DNA of 64,000 nt from Microgenomates group bacterium ADurb.Bin219 (lineage in GTDB: Bacteria; Patescibacteriota; Microgenomatia; UM-FILTER-40-11): the NCBI GenBank assembly GCA_002069945.1, contig MWCH01000002.1:79164-143163 (forward strand), given 5' to 3'. Below, piece by piece: positions 28,175 through 38,399 of the stretch. Both the position numbers and the translations under genes were made by a program. The stretch's first letter is position 1. The number at the start of each line of letters is the position of its first letter. Under the pieces are notes generated by a model. It worked only from the letters and a program-made list of their open reading frames with translations, was not told where the DNA came from and made no database searches.

Positions 28175-30179
28175 TCTCCGCCTTTAATCTTATTGCCGGT
28201 TGATTGGTTTTTGGTGGTTGATCGGCAGCTGGTGTCGGTATTTGTTCTATAACCGGTTTAATAGTCTCTTTTTTCTGGCTATCAACACTTTCGGTCTGAC
28301 TGCTGGCCGCTGACGACTGATTACTGACTGCCGATTGTTGATTGTTGTCAGCTTCTTTCTGACCAGCAGCTGATGACTGATTGCTGGCCTCCTGCTGTTT
28401 TAAAACATCCTTTGGGCTACTCGAAACCAAAAGATGTTCGTCTGGAGAAGCAACTACCTTAATCGCAACGTGGTTAAGTCCGGCAAAAAACAAACCCTCT
28501 CCGATATCGGCGGACAAAAGCATCTGTCTTTCTCCTTCGGAAAGATAAAAAACCTCGGCGATTTTATCGATCGCGGCCGGATGTTGTTTCATTAAAATCT
28601 GGATGGAAGAATTGGTGATAATCGCTTTCCCGAGGTCGGTAGAGAGAAAATCTTCAACGTTTTGGGAAATCGTCGTCAGACCGAGATAATATTTTCTGGC
28701 TCTTTTAGCGATGGAATTGATAAAATTGGCCGAATCCGGATATTTCATCAGATACCAGGCTTCATCAACAATTAAAACCCGTTTTTTAAGGTCACGGCGA
28801 ACCCTGGTCCAGATATAATCAAGAATAATAAACATTGCGATCGGCCTTAAAGTTTCTTCCAAATCGCGGATCGCAAAAACCGTAAAAGGATTTTTAATAT
28901 CAATATTGGATTTTTGATCAAAGATTCCGGTTAATGAGCCTTTGATAAACTTTTCAATTTTATCGGCCAAAGATTTGGCCTGGGGTTCTTCCATCCCAAT
29001 AAGGGTTTTGTAAAGGTCTTCCATCAGAGGCGGTTCGTTTTTTTGGCTGGCCGGATCGGGAGTAATTCCCTTCATTTTATAGGTGGCTACCAAAGCCCGG
29101 TCCAAAATTGCTTCCTGGGTGGAATCCAACTCGCCCATGATTACCTTAAAAAGAGAATGAAGCGACAAAAGCTTTAATCCCAGTTCGTTTTCTCCTTCGC
29201 TGTATACCTGGGAAAGATCAAAGGGGTTAATTTTGGTTTTGGAATTAAAGCCAAAACTGATAAATTCTCCGCCGACCGCCTCGCAAAGTGATTTGTATTC
29301 GTTTTCCGGATCAATAATGATGATTTCCGTTCCGAACATTAAAGAACGTAGAGCTTCCAATTTAACCAGATAGCTTTTGCCGGCGCCCGATTTGGCGAAA
29401 ATGACGGAATTGGCATTTTCCAAGGAAAAGCGGTCAAAAACAACCAAAGAATCGTTGTGTTGGTTGATTCCGTAAAGGATGCCTTCGTTGGCGGTCAATT
29501 CCGAAGAGGTGAAAGGAAAAGTTGTTCCCAGAGAAGTTGTATCCATATTTCGGGTAAAAAGAAGAGCGTCCTGACAAATCGGCAATGTTGATTTAAAACC
29601 GTTTTCCACCTCGCTTAAAGCGGTATTCTTGGTAATAATCATCAGCGCGCCGAGAGTTGACTCTATTTGTTTAGTAGTATGGTTAAGCTCTTCTAAAGAA
29701 TCGGCCGGAATAGTTATATACAAGGCAAATTGGAAAAACCTCTCTATTCCTTTAACCAGATCCTGTTGTAAAACCAGAGCGTCTTCCAGCTTAGCTTGGG
29801 TTGCCGGATTAATCATCACCCCCCGGCCGACATCCATGTTGATTTCCGCCTGCATCTCGGCAATTTTTCTTCTGAGATCGTCCAAAACTCCCTTGCCTTC
29901 GATTGGATAAATAAACATGGAAACTTCCAACGAATGGTCAAAGTTGATTAAAGGCGCCAGCCAGTTGGCGGAAACATAACGGGGGTATCCGACCACGAAA
30001 AGAGTCCGATAAAAACGGTTATTGATTTTTAAATAATCAAAATCAACTTCAATGGCCGCCGGAGCGACCAAATCCAAAACAGAAGTATTCCCTTGATTTG
30101 CAGGAACTTGCTTTGTTTCAACGGTTTTTGCCGGCGAACCGGATTGATTTTTTTTAAGGATGGGCAGGTTAAATTTCAT
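28155..30179 (-). CDS. VirB4/TrbE/CagE-family type IV secretion ATPase with Ser/Gln-rich C-terminal tail
   Basis: Walker A FAKSGAGKSYL, Walker B RVLIVDEAWYLM, VirB4-type C-terminal domain (LGLTTISQNVEDF); low-complexity tail SNQSSAAGQKEADNNQQSAVSNQSSAASSQTE. Confidence 0.8.
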   Translation of the reverse strand: MKFNLPILKKNQSGSPAKTVETKQVPANQGNTSVLDLVAPAAIEVDFDYLKINNRFYRTLFVVGYPRYVSANWLAPLINFDHSLEVSMFIYPIEGKGVLDDLRRKIAEMQAEINMDVGRGVMINPATQAKLEDALVLQQDLVKGIERFFQFALYITIPADSLEELNHTTKQIESTLGALMIITKNTALSEVENGFKSTLPICQDALLFTRNMDTTSLGTTFPFTSSELTANEGILYGINQHNDSLVVFDRFSLENANSVIFAKSGAGKSYLVKLEALRSLMFGTEIIIIDPENEYKSLCEAVGGEFISFGFNSKTKINPFDLSQVYSEGENELGLKLLSLHSLFKVIMGELDSTQEAILDRALVATYKMKGITPDPASQKNEPPLMEDLYKTLIGMEEPQAKSLADKIEKFIKGSLTGIFDQKSNIDIKNPFTVFAIRDLEETLRPIAMFIILDYIWTRVRRDLKKRVLIVDEAWYLMKYPDSANFINSIAKRARKYYLGLTTISQNVEDFLSTDLGKAIITNSSIQILMKQHPAAIDKIAEVFYLSEGERQMLLSADIGEGLFFAGLNHVAIKVVASPDEHLLVSSSPKDVLKQQEASNQSSAAGQKEADNNQQSAVSNQSSAASSQTESVDSQKKETIKPVIEQIPTPAADQPPKTNQPAIRLKAEIVKDNG

Positions 30180-31036
30180 GGGGTTTGTTTGGCGCTAATT
30201 TCTATTGGCGGAAAAACTTGGCCTTTCAGTTCAACTTTAATTATATCAAACTCCAAACCTTCCTTTTCCGGATAGAGGGTATAGACACCGTCCGGTAAAG
30301 GAGTGGCAATCCGGAATTGGCCCAATTTATTGGAACGGAGGGCTCTGACCGCCAGATCGTGAACATCTTTAATTTCCAAAATTACTCCGTCAATCAATTT
30401 TCCCTGCTTGTCCTTAATGACACCGTTAATAATATTAGGCAAGTCGGTAAAGAAGGGGCTGACTTTTCCCTTAGCCATTACCGGAGCAACCGCGGCGATC
30501 CTTTCTTCCAAATTGGCCGGTTTTACTTCCAGACCGTTAAGCTTTTCAATCCGGGGTTTGATTATCGGCCCGCTGGCAAAAAGAGATTGGATGTTTTGCA
30601 AAAAATCTTCTTCTTTGCGGTTATTATTGGTAGCCGATATCGGCGAACTGGCTAAATTAGGGCTTTCCCGGACCGTGGTTGCCGGCGGAACGGATGGTGT
30701 TACCGGAGAAGTTGGCGTTGTCGGCAGAGATTGGGGAGGGGGAGTCAGGTCTTTCTTTTTCCAGATGTATTGGGTAGGAGAGAAGATTGCCTTAAAAAAG
30801 GAAATAATCCAGACATCAAGAGGTCTTTCATTAATCGGCAAGAAGGCCAAACCGGCGCCCAAAAGAACAAAAAACCCGACCGCCGCGTATTTGATCAAAG
30901 ACGGCAGATCCAGGCCGTAAAAAACCAAAGCAACCAAACAACAGGCGGCCAATTTGGCAAATTGCCTTAAGGTCATATTTCCGATTAAACGGAATTCATA
31001 TGACGAAATAGGTTGTGGGACAGGATGTTGTTCCAA
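30176..31036 (-). CDS. Two-TM membrane protein (VirB3/PrgI-like position) fused to Pro/Thr-rich linker and a carboxypeptidase-regulatory-like beta-sandwich domain
   Basis: Two TMs (LAACCLVALVFYGL; AAVGFFVLLGAGLAFL) directly upstream of VirB4, as VirB3/PrgI in conjugative T4SS; linker TPPPQSLPTTPTSPVTPSVPPATT; C-terminal GVIKDKQGKLIDGVILEIKD ... GQFRIATPLPDGVYTL. Confidence 0.4.
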   Translation of the reverse strand: MEQHPVPQPISSYEFRLIGNMTLRQFAKLAACCLVALVFYGLDLPSLIKYAAVGFFVLLGAGLAFLPINERPLDVWIISFFKAIFSPTQYIWKKKDLTPPPQSLPTTPTSPVTPSVPPATTVRESPNLASSPISATNNNRKEEDFLQNIQSLFASGPIIKPRIEKLNGLEVKPANLEERIAAVAPVMAKGKVSPFFTDLPNIINGVIKDKQGKLIDGVILEIKDVHDLAVRALRSNKLGQFRIATPLPDGVYTLYPEKEGLEFDIIKVELKGQVFPPIEISAKQTP

Positions 31037-31386
31037 TGTGTAAAGCGCAGTTCAGAGCACATAGTTCATAGCTCAGAGAAACTATACTTGATGCGCTGGC
31101 CTCCTTTCTCAAAATTTTTCATTAAATTTGATGAACAAAAAAAATCTTTGTAACTATTCATTTCTTTCGTCTTCTATATCTCGCAATATGCCTATGTACT
31201 TCATTCTTAGTAATACATAACAACAACGATGCTCTCTGTACTATGTTCTATGCTACTGTGCTTTGCACAATCCTTCAAGATTAACAAAGTAGAACAAATA
31301 TATACTCCTCTTAATCAAGTTGAGAGAAGGAAAGAGGATGAAAAAACAGGGTTTTTCTGGAAGAAGGGTGGTATAATATAGGCAAG

Positions 31387-33234
31387 GTGAAAAATATGGC
31401 AGAAGGGGAACCAAAAGGAGTAATAGATAAATCCAAAACAGGAACTGCCTCGGAGGATAAAGGAAAAATTACGGGAATTAATCCTGGATTGGAAGCGCAG
31501 CTAAGAATTACAGAAGTACTTGCAGCCCTTCCCCCAGAGCAAAGGGGCAATTTTTTAAAGATCTTGGATAAAGAAGGTTCCATTTCGTCGGAAGGCGACA
31601 GAAGTAATAAAAGAATAAATCGTTCACTTGAAGATCTTACTGACGAAGACGAACAAGAAAGAGAAGCTTATAAATATTTACCACCAAATATTGCCGAAGT
31701 TGGGATTCCTGCCTTTACAAAAGAGTTTAACGATAGATTGTACGATTTAATAGAGAAACAACAGACTCGCAGTTTTGATGAAGATCGGCATCTTGTCTAC
31801 CCCCTTGAGATGATGATCAGGTCGTTGTGGCCGAGCAAAAGTTACAGGAAGTATAAAGGCCCAGATGGTGTTTATAGAGTAAAAGATACAAGTGAGATTA
31901 TTGATTTTGAAAAAATCCGCAAAGAATTAACAGATAAATTAAATGCCTATCGTTCCTGCCATAATGGAATCTATCTTTACCGAGACGCTGAACAAGCCGC
32001 ATCTTTAATAAGAGTTGCTCAATATTTTAAAGAAAATGTAGAAGCAGAGCTGTCAAGGAATGAGGAAATTAATAGAGCTTTTCAAAAAATAGCTTCAATC
32101 TTAGAAGACGACATCGAAGATAAGGACGTGAGACAGAAAAAAATTTCCGATTTAACTTCAATTGCTGGATTAGACAAAGATATTCCACTGTGGGCATTTA
32201 GAATGGCAAGTGGCTTAATTTGTATTTATAACGAAGCGGCAAGAGCTGATATTTCAATTAATCAAGCTGGAGATTTTTTTCAAAACAGACTTTTTAATAT
32301 GGGAAATCGTGCGGCGATTAATTGGGAAAAGATGGGGAGAGATCCAAATCCTGAATTTTGCCAATCTCTTGATTTGCGACTAAAAACCCTTTGGCAAAAG
32401 AGAATTGAGAGTCGACTGGAGAAATTAATAAAGGAAACAATGGAAGCGGAGACAGAGGTGGATAATTTAAAAAAGAGAATTGAGCTTGAAAAAGATGAAA
32501 ATAAAAAGAAAGAGCTGAAAAATAAGAAGGAGGAAATTGAGAAGAAGATTAGAGTTTCTAAAAAAGATGAAATTCTTAGAGAATTAGCGAATAAGTTTAG
32601 GGAGTATGGAATCGAATTGTCTGGCTTAACTTTTACGGACGCAGAAAAATCAAACGAAATCAATTTTGAAAAGTATTCATTAAAAAAGATTAATCTTAAG
32701 AAAATTAGTGAGGAGGATTTTTTCCAGCTCAAAAACTCTCAAGATAATGTTAAATTGCAATATTTGGATTTAGCCGACGCAGATGGAGTGAGAAAAGCAA
32801 TTTTTGATCCGACGGGATATTTGGATATGCCTAGTCCTTCCACTTTAGTAGGAATAGAAAAAGTAATGAAGCATCTCAAAGATAAAAAAAGAGCTGCGTG
32901 GTTTACAGGTGTTATTACAGAATTAGTAGGCCTTTATAAAAGTAATAAAAATTGGGTCAATGGTTTAGTTAACAATGAGGCTAAAAAATTTTTTGCCGGG
33001 GCTCCTGTTTTGGATGAAGAAGCAATTATTCGTCTCGTTAAATCTTATAGCCCTTATATTTCAGAGGAAAATATCGATCAAATTTTAATAGAGGCAATAG
33101 GGAAAAATAGAAAAGATATCGAGAACGAAGAAAAGATTAAATTTATTTTTGCTTTATTACTCGAAGCTCTCAAAGAATCTTTTAACGCCTCGTTGGCTTC
33201 CGAAGGAATCAAGATGGGGGGTTCCAAAAAATAA
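31387..33234 (+). CDS. Hypothetical Lys/Glu-rich coiled-coil protein
   Basis: 615 aa, highly charged, long predicted coiled-coil (EAETEVDNLKKRIELEKDENKKKELKNKKEEIEKKIRVSKKDE); no TM; only plus-strand gene inside the minus-strand T4SS-like cluster. Confidence 0.5.
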   Translation: MKNMAEGEPKGVIDKSKTGTASEDKGKITGINPGLEAQLRITEVLAALPPEQRGNFLKILDKEGSISSEGDRSNKRINRSLEDLTDEDEQEREAYKYLPPNIAEVGIPAFTKEFNDRLYDLIEKQQTRSFDEDRHLVYPLEMMIRSLWPSKSYRKYKGPDGVYRVKDTSEIIDFEKIRKELTDKLNAYRSCHNGIYLYRDAEQAASLIRVAQYFKENVEAELSRNEEINRAFQKIASILEDDIEDKDVRQKKISDLTSIAGLDKDIPLWAFRMASGLICIYNEAARADISINQAGDFFQNRLFNMGNRAAINWEKMGRDPNPEFCQSLDLRLKTLWQKRIESRLEKLIKETMEAETEVDNLKKRIELEKDENKKKELKNKKEEIEKKIRVSKKDEILRELANKFREYGIELSGLTFTDAEKSNEINFEKYSLKKINLKKISEEDFFQLKNSQDNVKLQYLDLADADGVRKAIFDPTGYLDMPSPSTLVGIEKVMKHLKDKKRAAWFTGVITELVGLYKSNKNWVNGLVNNEAKKFFAGAPVLDEEAIIRLVKSYSPYISEENIDQILIEAIGKNRKDIENEEKIKFIFALLLEALKESFNASLASEGIKMGGSKK

Positions 33235-33260
33235 TATCTCAAGGTAGTTGATTATTGATC

Positions 33261-34856
33261 TCAAGGAGATCTAAAGGCTCCACCAAGAATAGCTTTTGCT
33301 GTTCCTTCGGCTTGCTCTTTTGATATTGCAGCTCCTATTTTTTCTCTATCTCTTATATACTCAAAGGGTCCAATTCCTTTTTCTTTTGTGAAATTATAAA
33401 TATTCTGGGCGGTACCAGGTAGCCACCCAGCCTGTTCGGCTAATAAATTTGGACCTTTCTTGTATTTTTCGTCAAAGAGTTTTTTTACTGTTTCCGGGAT
33501 TTTATTGATATAGAGCAAAAGACCAAAGCTAATCAAGAAAGAAAATACTGAACCGAACTGTCCGCTACTGGCGAGCAATGGAGGCCCCCAAAGATTATTT
33601 AAATTGATATTGTCGGTAATCCCCTTGGCAATTATTAAATAACCGGCAATCGCCGGAAAAATCAAAAGATCAGAAAGCAAGTCGGTTATCCACTTGCCGA
33701 TTCCTCCGGATTTTGAGCCTGGAAGAGCGCTCATCATTAAGAGAATAGGAGAGAGAATGATGTTTATAATCACGCTGATATAAGCGCTTAAAAGACTTAA
33801 AAACAATTTAAAAAGAACAACGACGATAAGACACCCCAAAACAAGAACTCCGATACCAGCTCCGAGTCCAGTTATAGAAAGGGAAACAAGACTAGCGGAT
33901 AAACCACTTATTGTTCCAACTATTCCTCCTCCGAGAATACTAAGGAGGGCCCCGTCTCTTAAAACCAATCCGAAAATGGAACTAATTACTTCAGAGAAAC
34001 CATTGTTGATGAAAATATTTTGGACGTATCCAATTTCGTCAATCTTAACCAATCCGCTTATTCCGGAAACAACAACTGCCAGATTAATTAGTACATAGAC
34101 CATATCAATTAAAAAACCGGCAATTGCGTAGGAAAAAGTGACAGCAATTAGAGAAACAATAATTCCCGGTAAGGCGTTTTCTATGGTAATTACAGCCTGG
34201 GGAGAAATTTTTTTCCTGAACATTATCATTAAGCCAGTAAAGATAAAAATCAAAATATAAAAAACGTAGGCCATATTTTTAAAGGCGTTCCAAAGAGGTA
34301 AAATTGGCTGTAATCCTTTAGCTCCAATTCCTGTTTGGGCGTAGGCGGAAGGAATTCCCAAATTTTTTTTCAGACCGGCGAGATAATCAATTCCCGAGGC
34401 GGGAGGTTTAAGATAAAGAGATGCAATCAAATTTGAGGCTAGAGATATCGCGCCACCTGAAGGGAGAGAGCTCACTCCACTTTGACCGACTGAGGTCTTT
34501 CCAATAAGACTTAAACTTGCACTGTTAATCAGATTGTTGAAAATCCGAACAGAAAATCTTTGGTCCGAAACTTCCTCCTCTGGAAGATCGTAATATTCTT
34601 TTTGAAATTCTATTAAAGATTGTGGCTCAAACCAATATTTGCTTTGACGATTTTCAACACAAACGCTGGAAACACAAAGCCAATCCTCTGGGTTTTTACC
34701 ATAAAGAGTAACGCAGTCATTTTCGTTTTTACAATCTTGAACATAGCCCGCAGTTACAGAAGCATGGACTTTTAAGGAGAAATTTATTGAAAAATAAAAA
34801 AGAAGTAAAAGTAAAAAAAGAAAAAAATTTTTTTTAGAAAAACTTTGGGCAGACAT
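33261..34856 (-). CDS. Polytopic membrane protein, VirB6/TrbL-like by topology and context, with Cys-containing N-terminal extracytoplasmic domain
   Basis: Signal/TM FFLFLLLLLFYFSINFSL, Cys-rich ecto-region (CKNENDCVTLYGKNPEDWLCVSSVC), then at least 7 Gly-rich TM helices; part of the VirB4 cluster. Confidence 0.45.
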   Translation of the reverse strand: MSAQSFSKKNFFLFLLLLLFYFSINFSLKVHASVTAGYVQDCKNENDCVTLYGKNPEDWLCVSSVCVENRQSKYWFEPQSLIEFQKEYYDLPEEEVSDQRFSVRIFNNLINSASLSLIGKTSVGQSGVSSLPSGGAISLASNLIASLYLKPPASGIDYLAGLKKNLGIPSAYAQTGIGAKGLQPILPLWNAFKNMAYVFYILIFIFTGLMIMFRKKISPQAVITIENALPGIIVSLIAVTFSYAIAGFLIDMVYVLINLAVVVSGISGLVKIDEIGYVQNIFINNGFSEVISSIFGLVLRDGALLSILGGGIVGTISGLSASLVSLSITGLGAGIGVLVLGCLIVVVLFKLFLSLLSAYISVIINIILSPILLMMSALPGSKSGGIGKWITDLLSDLLIFPAIAGYLIIAKGITDNINLNNLWGPPLLASSGQFGSVFSFLISFGLLLYINKIPETVKKLFDEKYKKGPNLLAEQAGWLPGTAQNIYNFTKEKGIGPFEYIRDREKIGAAISKEQAEGTAKAILGGAFRSP

Positions 34857-34925
34857 GGTATTTAAAGTTTAAACAAATATATTTTAAAATTCAATCGCGA
34901 CTTACCAACAATGAACAATAAATCA

Positions 34926-37907
34926 TTAAAGAGTGCAATTTACAGCAAGTTGGTCATACCAGTATTTTAAATTTTTAGGGAAATCCGGATTAAGGGTAAA
35001 AGAATTACAAGGATAATGACCTTCGCTGTAATTACACATAAACCTTTCAAAATTTGTTTCCGAATCATAGTTTCTAAAAACGCAATCCAATTGAGATTCA
35101 ATTTCAAATTCTCCCGCCGTGCAACCAAGTCCCCAGTCTCCAACAGCATTTGCTCCCGATTCCTCAACCCAAAGGGCGGTCAAAAAGGCCGGATTCCAGT
35201 CGTGTCTTTTTGCTTGAGTTTGAACAACCTCCCATTTTTGCGCAATTTGGCTAGTGGGCCAGTTTTTAAGAACGTATTTACTAACACAATCCTTATTGGC
35301 CGCGGAAACAGAAATTGTCGGATCGCGGAAGGGTAAGTTATAAGTAAGAACTCCGGGTTGGCCGGGAGTTGTTGTCGGCGATCCGGGGTTGGGCGTTCCG
35401 GTTGAGCTTTCGGAATAAGGAGCTAGTAATTTTTGGGTAATAAACTCCTTGACGTTTATTAAGGTTCCCAGTTTGTAAAATAGCAGGCGGAGGGAACCGG
35501 TTATTGTCCCGCCGGTAGAGGAACCGGCGACTTTAACTTCTTGGATACTGGCCGGAGTCTTGGTAATTTGATTAACTTCAATTTTTAAATCGGCTTGGGA
35601 TTCACCGGCAACTTCTCTAAAAGCTTGATTGATTTCACTGTCCGGTTGTTTGTTTTTTTGGGAAGAGGGAACAAAAATATTGAAAAAGCCTTGTCCTCCA
35701 ACCGTATTTTCAATTATTTTGTCCAAAAAAGGAACTTTATTAATACTATTTATATTGGTATCGGTAAAGTCTTTGGTTTTAACAGGACTTTCCGGGACAC
35801 AACAATTGGTCTCGGATCTAATTTTGTTGCCGTTTTCTTCATACCAACAAGTTGCGCCCGGATGACATTCCAAACAGCGATAATAAGCGACGGCATAAGC
35901 TCCGCTTCCGGTCATACGGTCAAAAACATAATTTCCTCCGTCGCCGCAGCATTTGTTTGAAGGATCGCTGATTCCGTAATATCTTCTTATTTCATCGGAA
36001 GAATAAGTTTTACAACTTTTTCCGGCGTCGTTTTCCCATTCTCTCGTTCCTGATAATTGGATATCCTGTTTTCCCGGATCTTGAATTTCCGGCTTAACAC
36101 AGATTTTGTCACCAAACCCGGACCTTGTTTCCTTATTACTGGTTTGAACGGGAACGGAATTAGTAACCGGACAAACAGTCGCCGGCAAAACTTGTCCTAA
36201 AGAGTTTTTTACTCCTCGGACAATTCCCGCTTGAGTTGCCGGGACGGAATCGGGGACCAGCATTTTCTTTATCAGCTCGGTCGTCCGGTAAAGACGATAA
36301 ATTTCCGGAACGGAAGTATTGATTGTATTTTCCGCATCTTGAATTCCGCTGCCGTAAAAGGAAATATGGCCCTTGCTTTCTTCGTTGGCAAAAAGGGGGA
36401 CTTGAGGCCAGACCTTTTCCTTAAAGTCCAATTCGGCTTGGGTAAGAATTTTTCCGTTTTTGTTTTTTTCCGTAATGGTTGAAAAGATACTAACGATTTC
36501 CGCCGGTCCTTTTCCTTCAATTGTAAAAGACAAGTAACGGCCTTTGTAATTGGGATTGGCAATCTCGTTTAAAAATTCTAATTTCAGTTGGTTTTGTAAT
36601 TCAACCGGCGCCAGTTTTTCCAAAACGCCGCTTGTTTTTATTACCTGACCCGGAGTTTGGGTAATTTTTTGCTTCGGATTGTCTACCAGAGAACCCAGGA
36701 AATATTTATTCAGGGTTTTTGCAAAAGGAATGGAAAAATTGGAGACCTCAATTTTTCCCTGAAAATCAAAACTGAGGCAATCGCCGTCCGATTTCCGGTA
36801 GGTGGCGGATTCCGGCAGATTTAGGGAATCTTTACTTAATTCTTCTCCGAAAGTTGTTACCTCTTTTATTGGTTTGCAAAAGGAAACGGCGGAGCCGCAT
36901 TCGTTGCATTCCGATTCGTCGGTAACGTAGTAGCTGTATTTTTTTCCGGGACAAAGAGTAAGACTTCCTTTTGGCCCCGATTGAGAATAAGAAGAAGGGG
37001 TTGTTTTTCCGTCGGGAGCGCTTTTTAAAAGATTAATTACGTCTTCCGGTGAAAACAAGTCCCAAGTATGACCAACCTCTCCGGCCAAGTCGTAGGCGGG
37101 AACAGCAAACATGGTGACGTTACCGTTTTTTATAAATTCATTGACGTAACGGTAAAGAGGAGAATCTGACGAAGGGGGTTGTTTAAAATAAAAATTATTG
37201 CCGCCGGTTCCCGATTCAACCCCAAAGATTGGCTTGCCAGGAACGCCCATTTGGCTTAAAAGCTCTTGGGCCTTTTGTGGGTTTCTGTGTTTTTCTCCGC
37301 AAAGGGGGGCTCCGCAATCTTCTTCGCCGAAATCGTAAAGACTTAGGGCGATTCCATAGAATTGGTTAAAAAAAGAGCTGCCAAGATTGGCGACATAGTT
37401 ATCAAAACTAGGATTAGAGGGATTTATCATCGGAGAAAGAAGTAAAACCTTGGTATCAAGAATCCCATTTGTTGAGAATTGAGAAGAAAGAGTTTGGATG
37501 TATTTTTTTAAGGTTGACTCGTCAATATAATCATTGCTTCCGGTTTGGTTTGGTTCATTCCAGGGCATAAAATAAATTTTGTTTGAGCTGGGAATACTGG
37601 CCAAGGCGGCCGCCCATTGTTTAGCCCAGTTTTCATCAGGAGCGGTTCCCGGGTAATGACCCCTGATTACTAAGTTTATTTCCGGATGATTTTCTATCAT
37701 CTGGGCAATTTTGTCGGCGTCGCCCGGACAGGGCATAATGACAACCCAGCCGCCCGCTCCGACAATACCGGCGGCCGCATCAAAATCACCAAAATGGTCG
37801 CCAATATTAATGCCGGCTTTATTTTGAGCCAAAATTGGCCGGGGATTAAAAATTAAAAAGGAAAAAAGAAAGAAAAGAAAAACAAGAATTTTAGGCAGGG
37901 TTTTCAT
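34926..37907 (-). CDS. Large secreted protein: N-terminal glycoside-hydrolase-like (clan GH-A type WNEPN motif) region, Cys-rich middle, C-terminal lytic transglycosylase (SLT)-like domain
   Basis: Signal peptide MKTLPKILVFLFFLFSFLIFNPRPILAQ; motif KIYFMPWNEPNQ; C-terminal FLTALWVEESGANAVGDWGLGC resembles the SLT catalytic Glu-Ser block. Confidence 0.45.
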   Translation of the reverse strand: MKTLPKILVFLFFLFSFLIFNPRPILAQNKAGINIGDHFGDFDAAAGIVGAGGWVVIMPCPGDADKIAQMIENHPEINLVIRGHYPGTAPDENWAKQWAAALASIPSSNKIYFMPWNEPNQTGSNDYIDESTLKKYIQTLSSQFSTNGILDTKVLLLSPMINPSNPSFDNYVANLGSSFFNQFYGIALSLYDFGEEDCGAPLCGEKHRNPQKAQELLSQMGVPGKPIFGVESGTGGNNFYFKQPPSSDSPLYRYVNEFIKNGNVTMFAVPAYDLAGEVGHTWDLFSPEDVINLLKSAPDGKTTPSSYSQSGPKGSLTLCPGKKYSYYVTDESECNECGSAVSFCKPIKEVTTFGEELSKDSLNLPESATYRKSDGDCLSFDFQGKIEVSNFSIPFAKTLNKYFLGSLVDNPKQKITQTPGQVIKTSGVLEKLAPVELQNQLKLEFLNEIANPNYKGRYLSFTIEGKGPAEIVSIFSTITEKNKNGKILTQAELDFKEKVWPQVPLFANEESKGHISFYGSGIQDAENTINTSVPEIYRLYRTTELIKKMLVPDSVPATQAGIVRGVKNSLGQVLPATVCPVTNSVPVQTSNKETRSGFGDKICVKPEIQDPGKQDIQLSGTREWENDAGKSCKTYSSDEIRRYYGISDPSNKCCGDGGNYVFDRMTGSGAYAVAYYRCLECHPGATCWYEENGNKIRSETNCCVPESPVKTKDFTDTNINSINKVPFLDKIIENTVGGQGFFNIFVPSSQKNKQPDSEINQAFREVAGESQADLKIEVNQITKTPASIQEVKVAGSSTGGTITGSLRLLFYKLGTLINVKEFITQKLLAPYSESSTGTPNPGSPTTTPGQPGVLTYNLPFRDPTISVSAANKDCVSKYVLKNWPTSQIAQKWEVVQTQAKRHDWNPAFLTALWVEESGANAVGDWGLGCTAGEFEIESQLDCVFRNYDSETNFERFMCNYSEGHYPCNSFTLNPDFPKNLKYWYDQLAVNCTL

Positions 37908-37980
37908 TGATTTGATTATACATTAAGAAGTAAGAGATAAGAAAGAAACCGAAAGTATTTTCTGCCAATTTTTTTGTTTT

Positions 37981-38346
37981 TTATTGCCCGGTAACAATCT
38001 CAAAATTAAGAACATCAACGCCGGTAAATTCCTTAATCAAAAGAAAGATAATCCAGGCGCCGAGAATCACAACCAATCCGATAATGGCGTAAGTTAAAGT
38101 CTGTTGGGCTGCCTGGGATTTTTTGGGATCTCCGCCGCTGGTTAAATATTTAAAGCCGCCGACCAGAAACATTAAAAAAAGCGCAATTCCGGCAAAACGA
38201 ACAACAATATTCAAAATGTTGGCAAAAATACACTCAAATCCTTTAATGGTAGCGACCTTAATTGGGTCGCCGCCGCCGGGAGGAGTAATTTCGGTATAAC
38301 AGCCGGTTTTCCAGTCTTGAGCCAATAAAATCTTTTCTGCCGCCAT
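37981..38346 (-). CDS. Pilin-like two-TM protein, paralog 1 (VirB2/TrbC-type topology)
   Basis: TM1 FLMFLVGGFKYL, loop TSGGDPKKSQAAQQ, TM2 LTYAIIGLVVILGAWIIFLLI; shares [ST]-[GA]-G-D-x-K ... I-x-x-A-[LI]-I-G core with 7 neighbours. Confidence 0.6.
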   Translation of the reverse strand: MAAEKILLAQDWKTGCYTEITPPGGGDPIKVATIKGFECIFANILNIVVRFAGIALFLMFLVGGFKYLTSGGDPKKSQAAQQTLTYAIIGLVVILGAWIIFLLIKEFTGVDVLNFEIVTGQ

Positions 38347-38399
38347 AAAATTATTTCTTCCCTTAACGAAACCTTTTTCTTGATTTTTCTAAAGGTAAG

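Noticed and set aside
32280-32732. 150 aa minus-strand ORF inside the coiled-coil gene
   Set aside because: Antisense of a Lys/Glu-rich gene gives a stop-poor Phe/Leu/Ser-rich frame; low-complexity translation.
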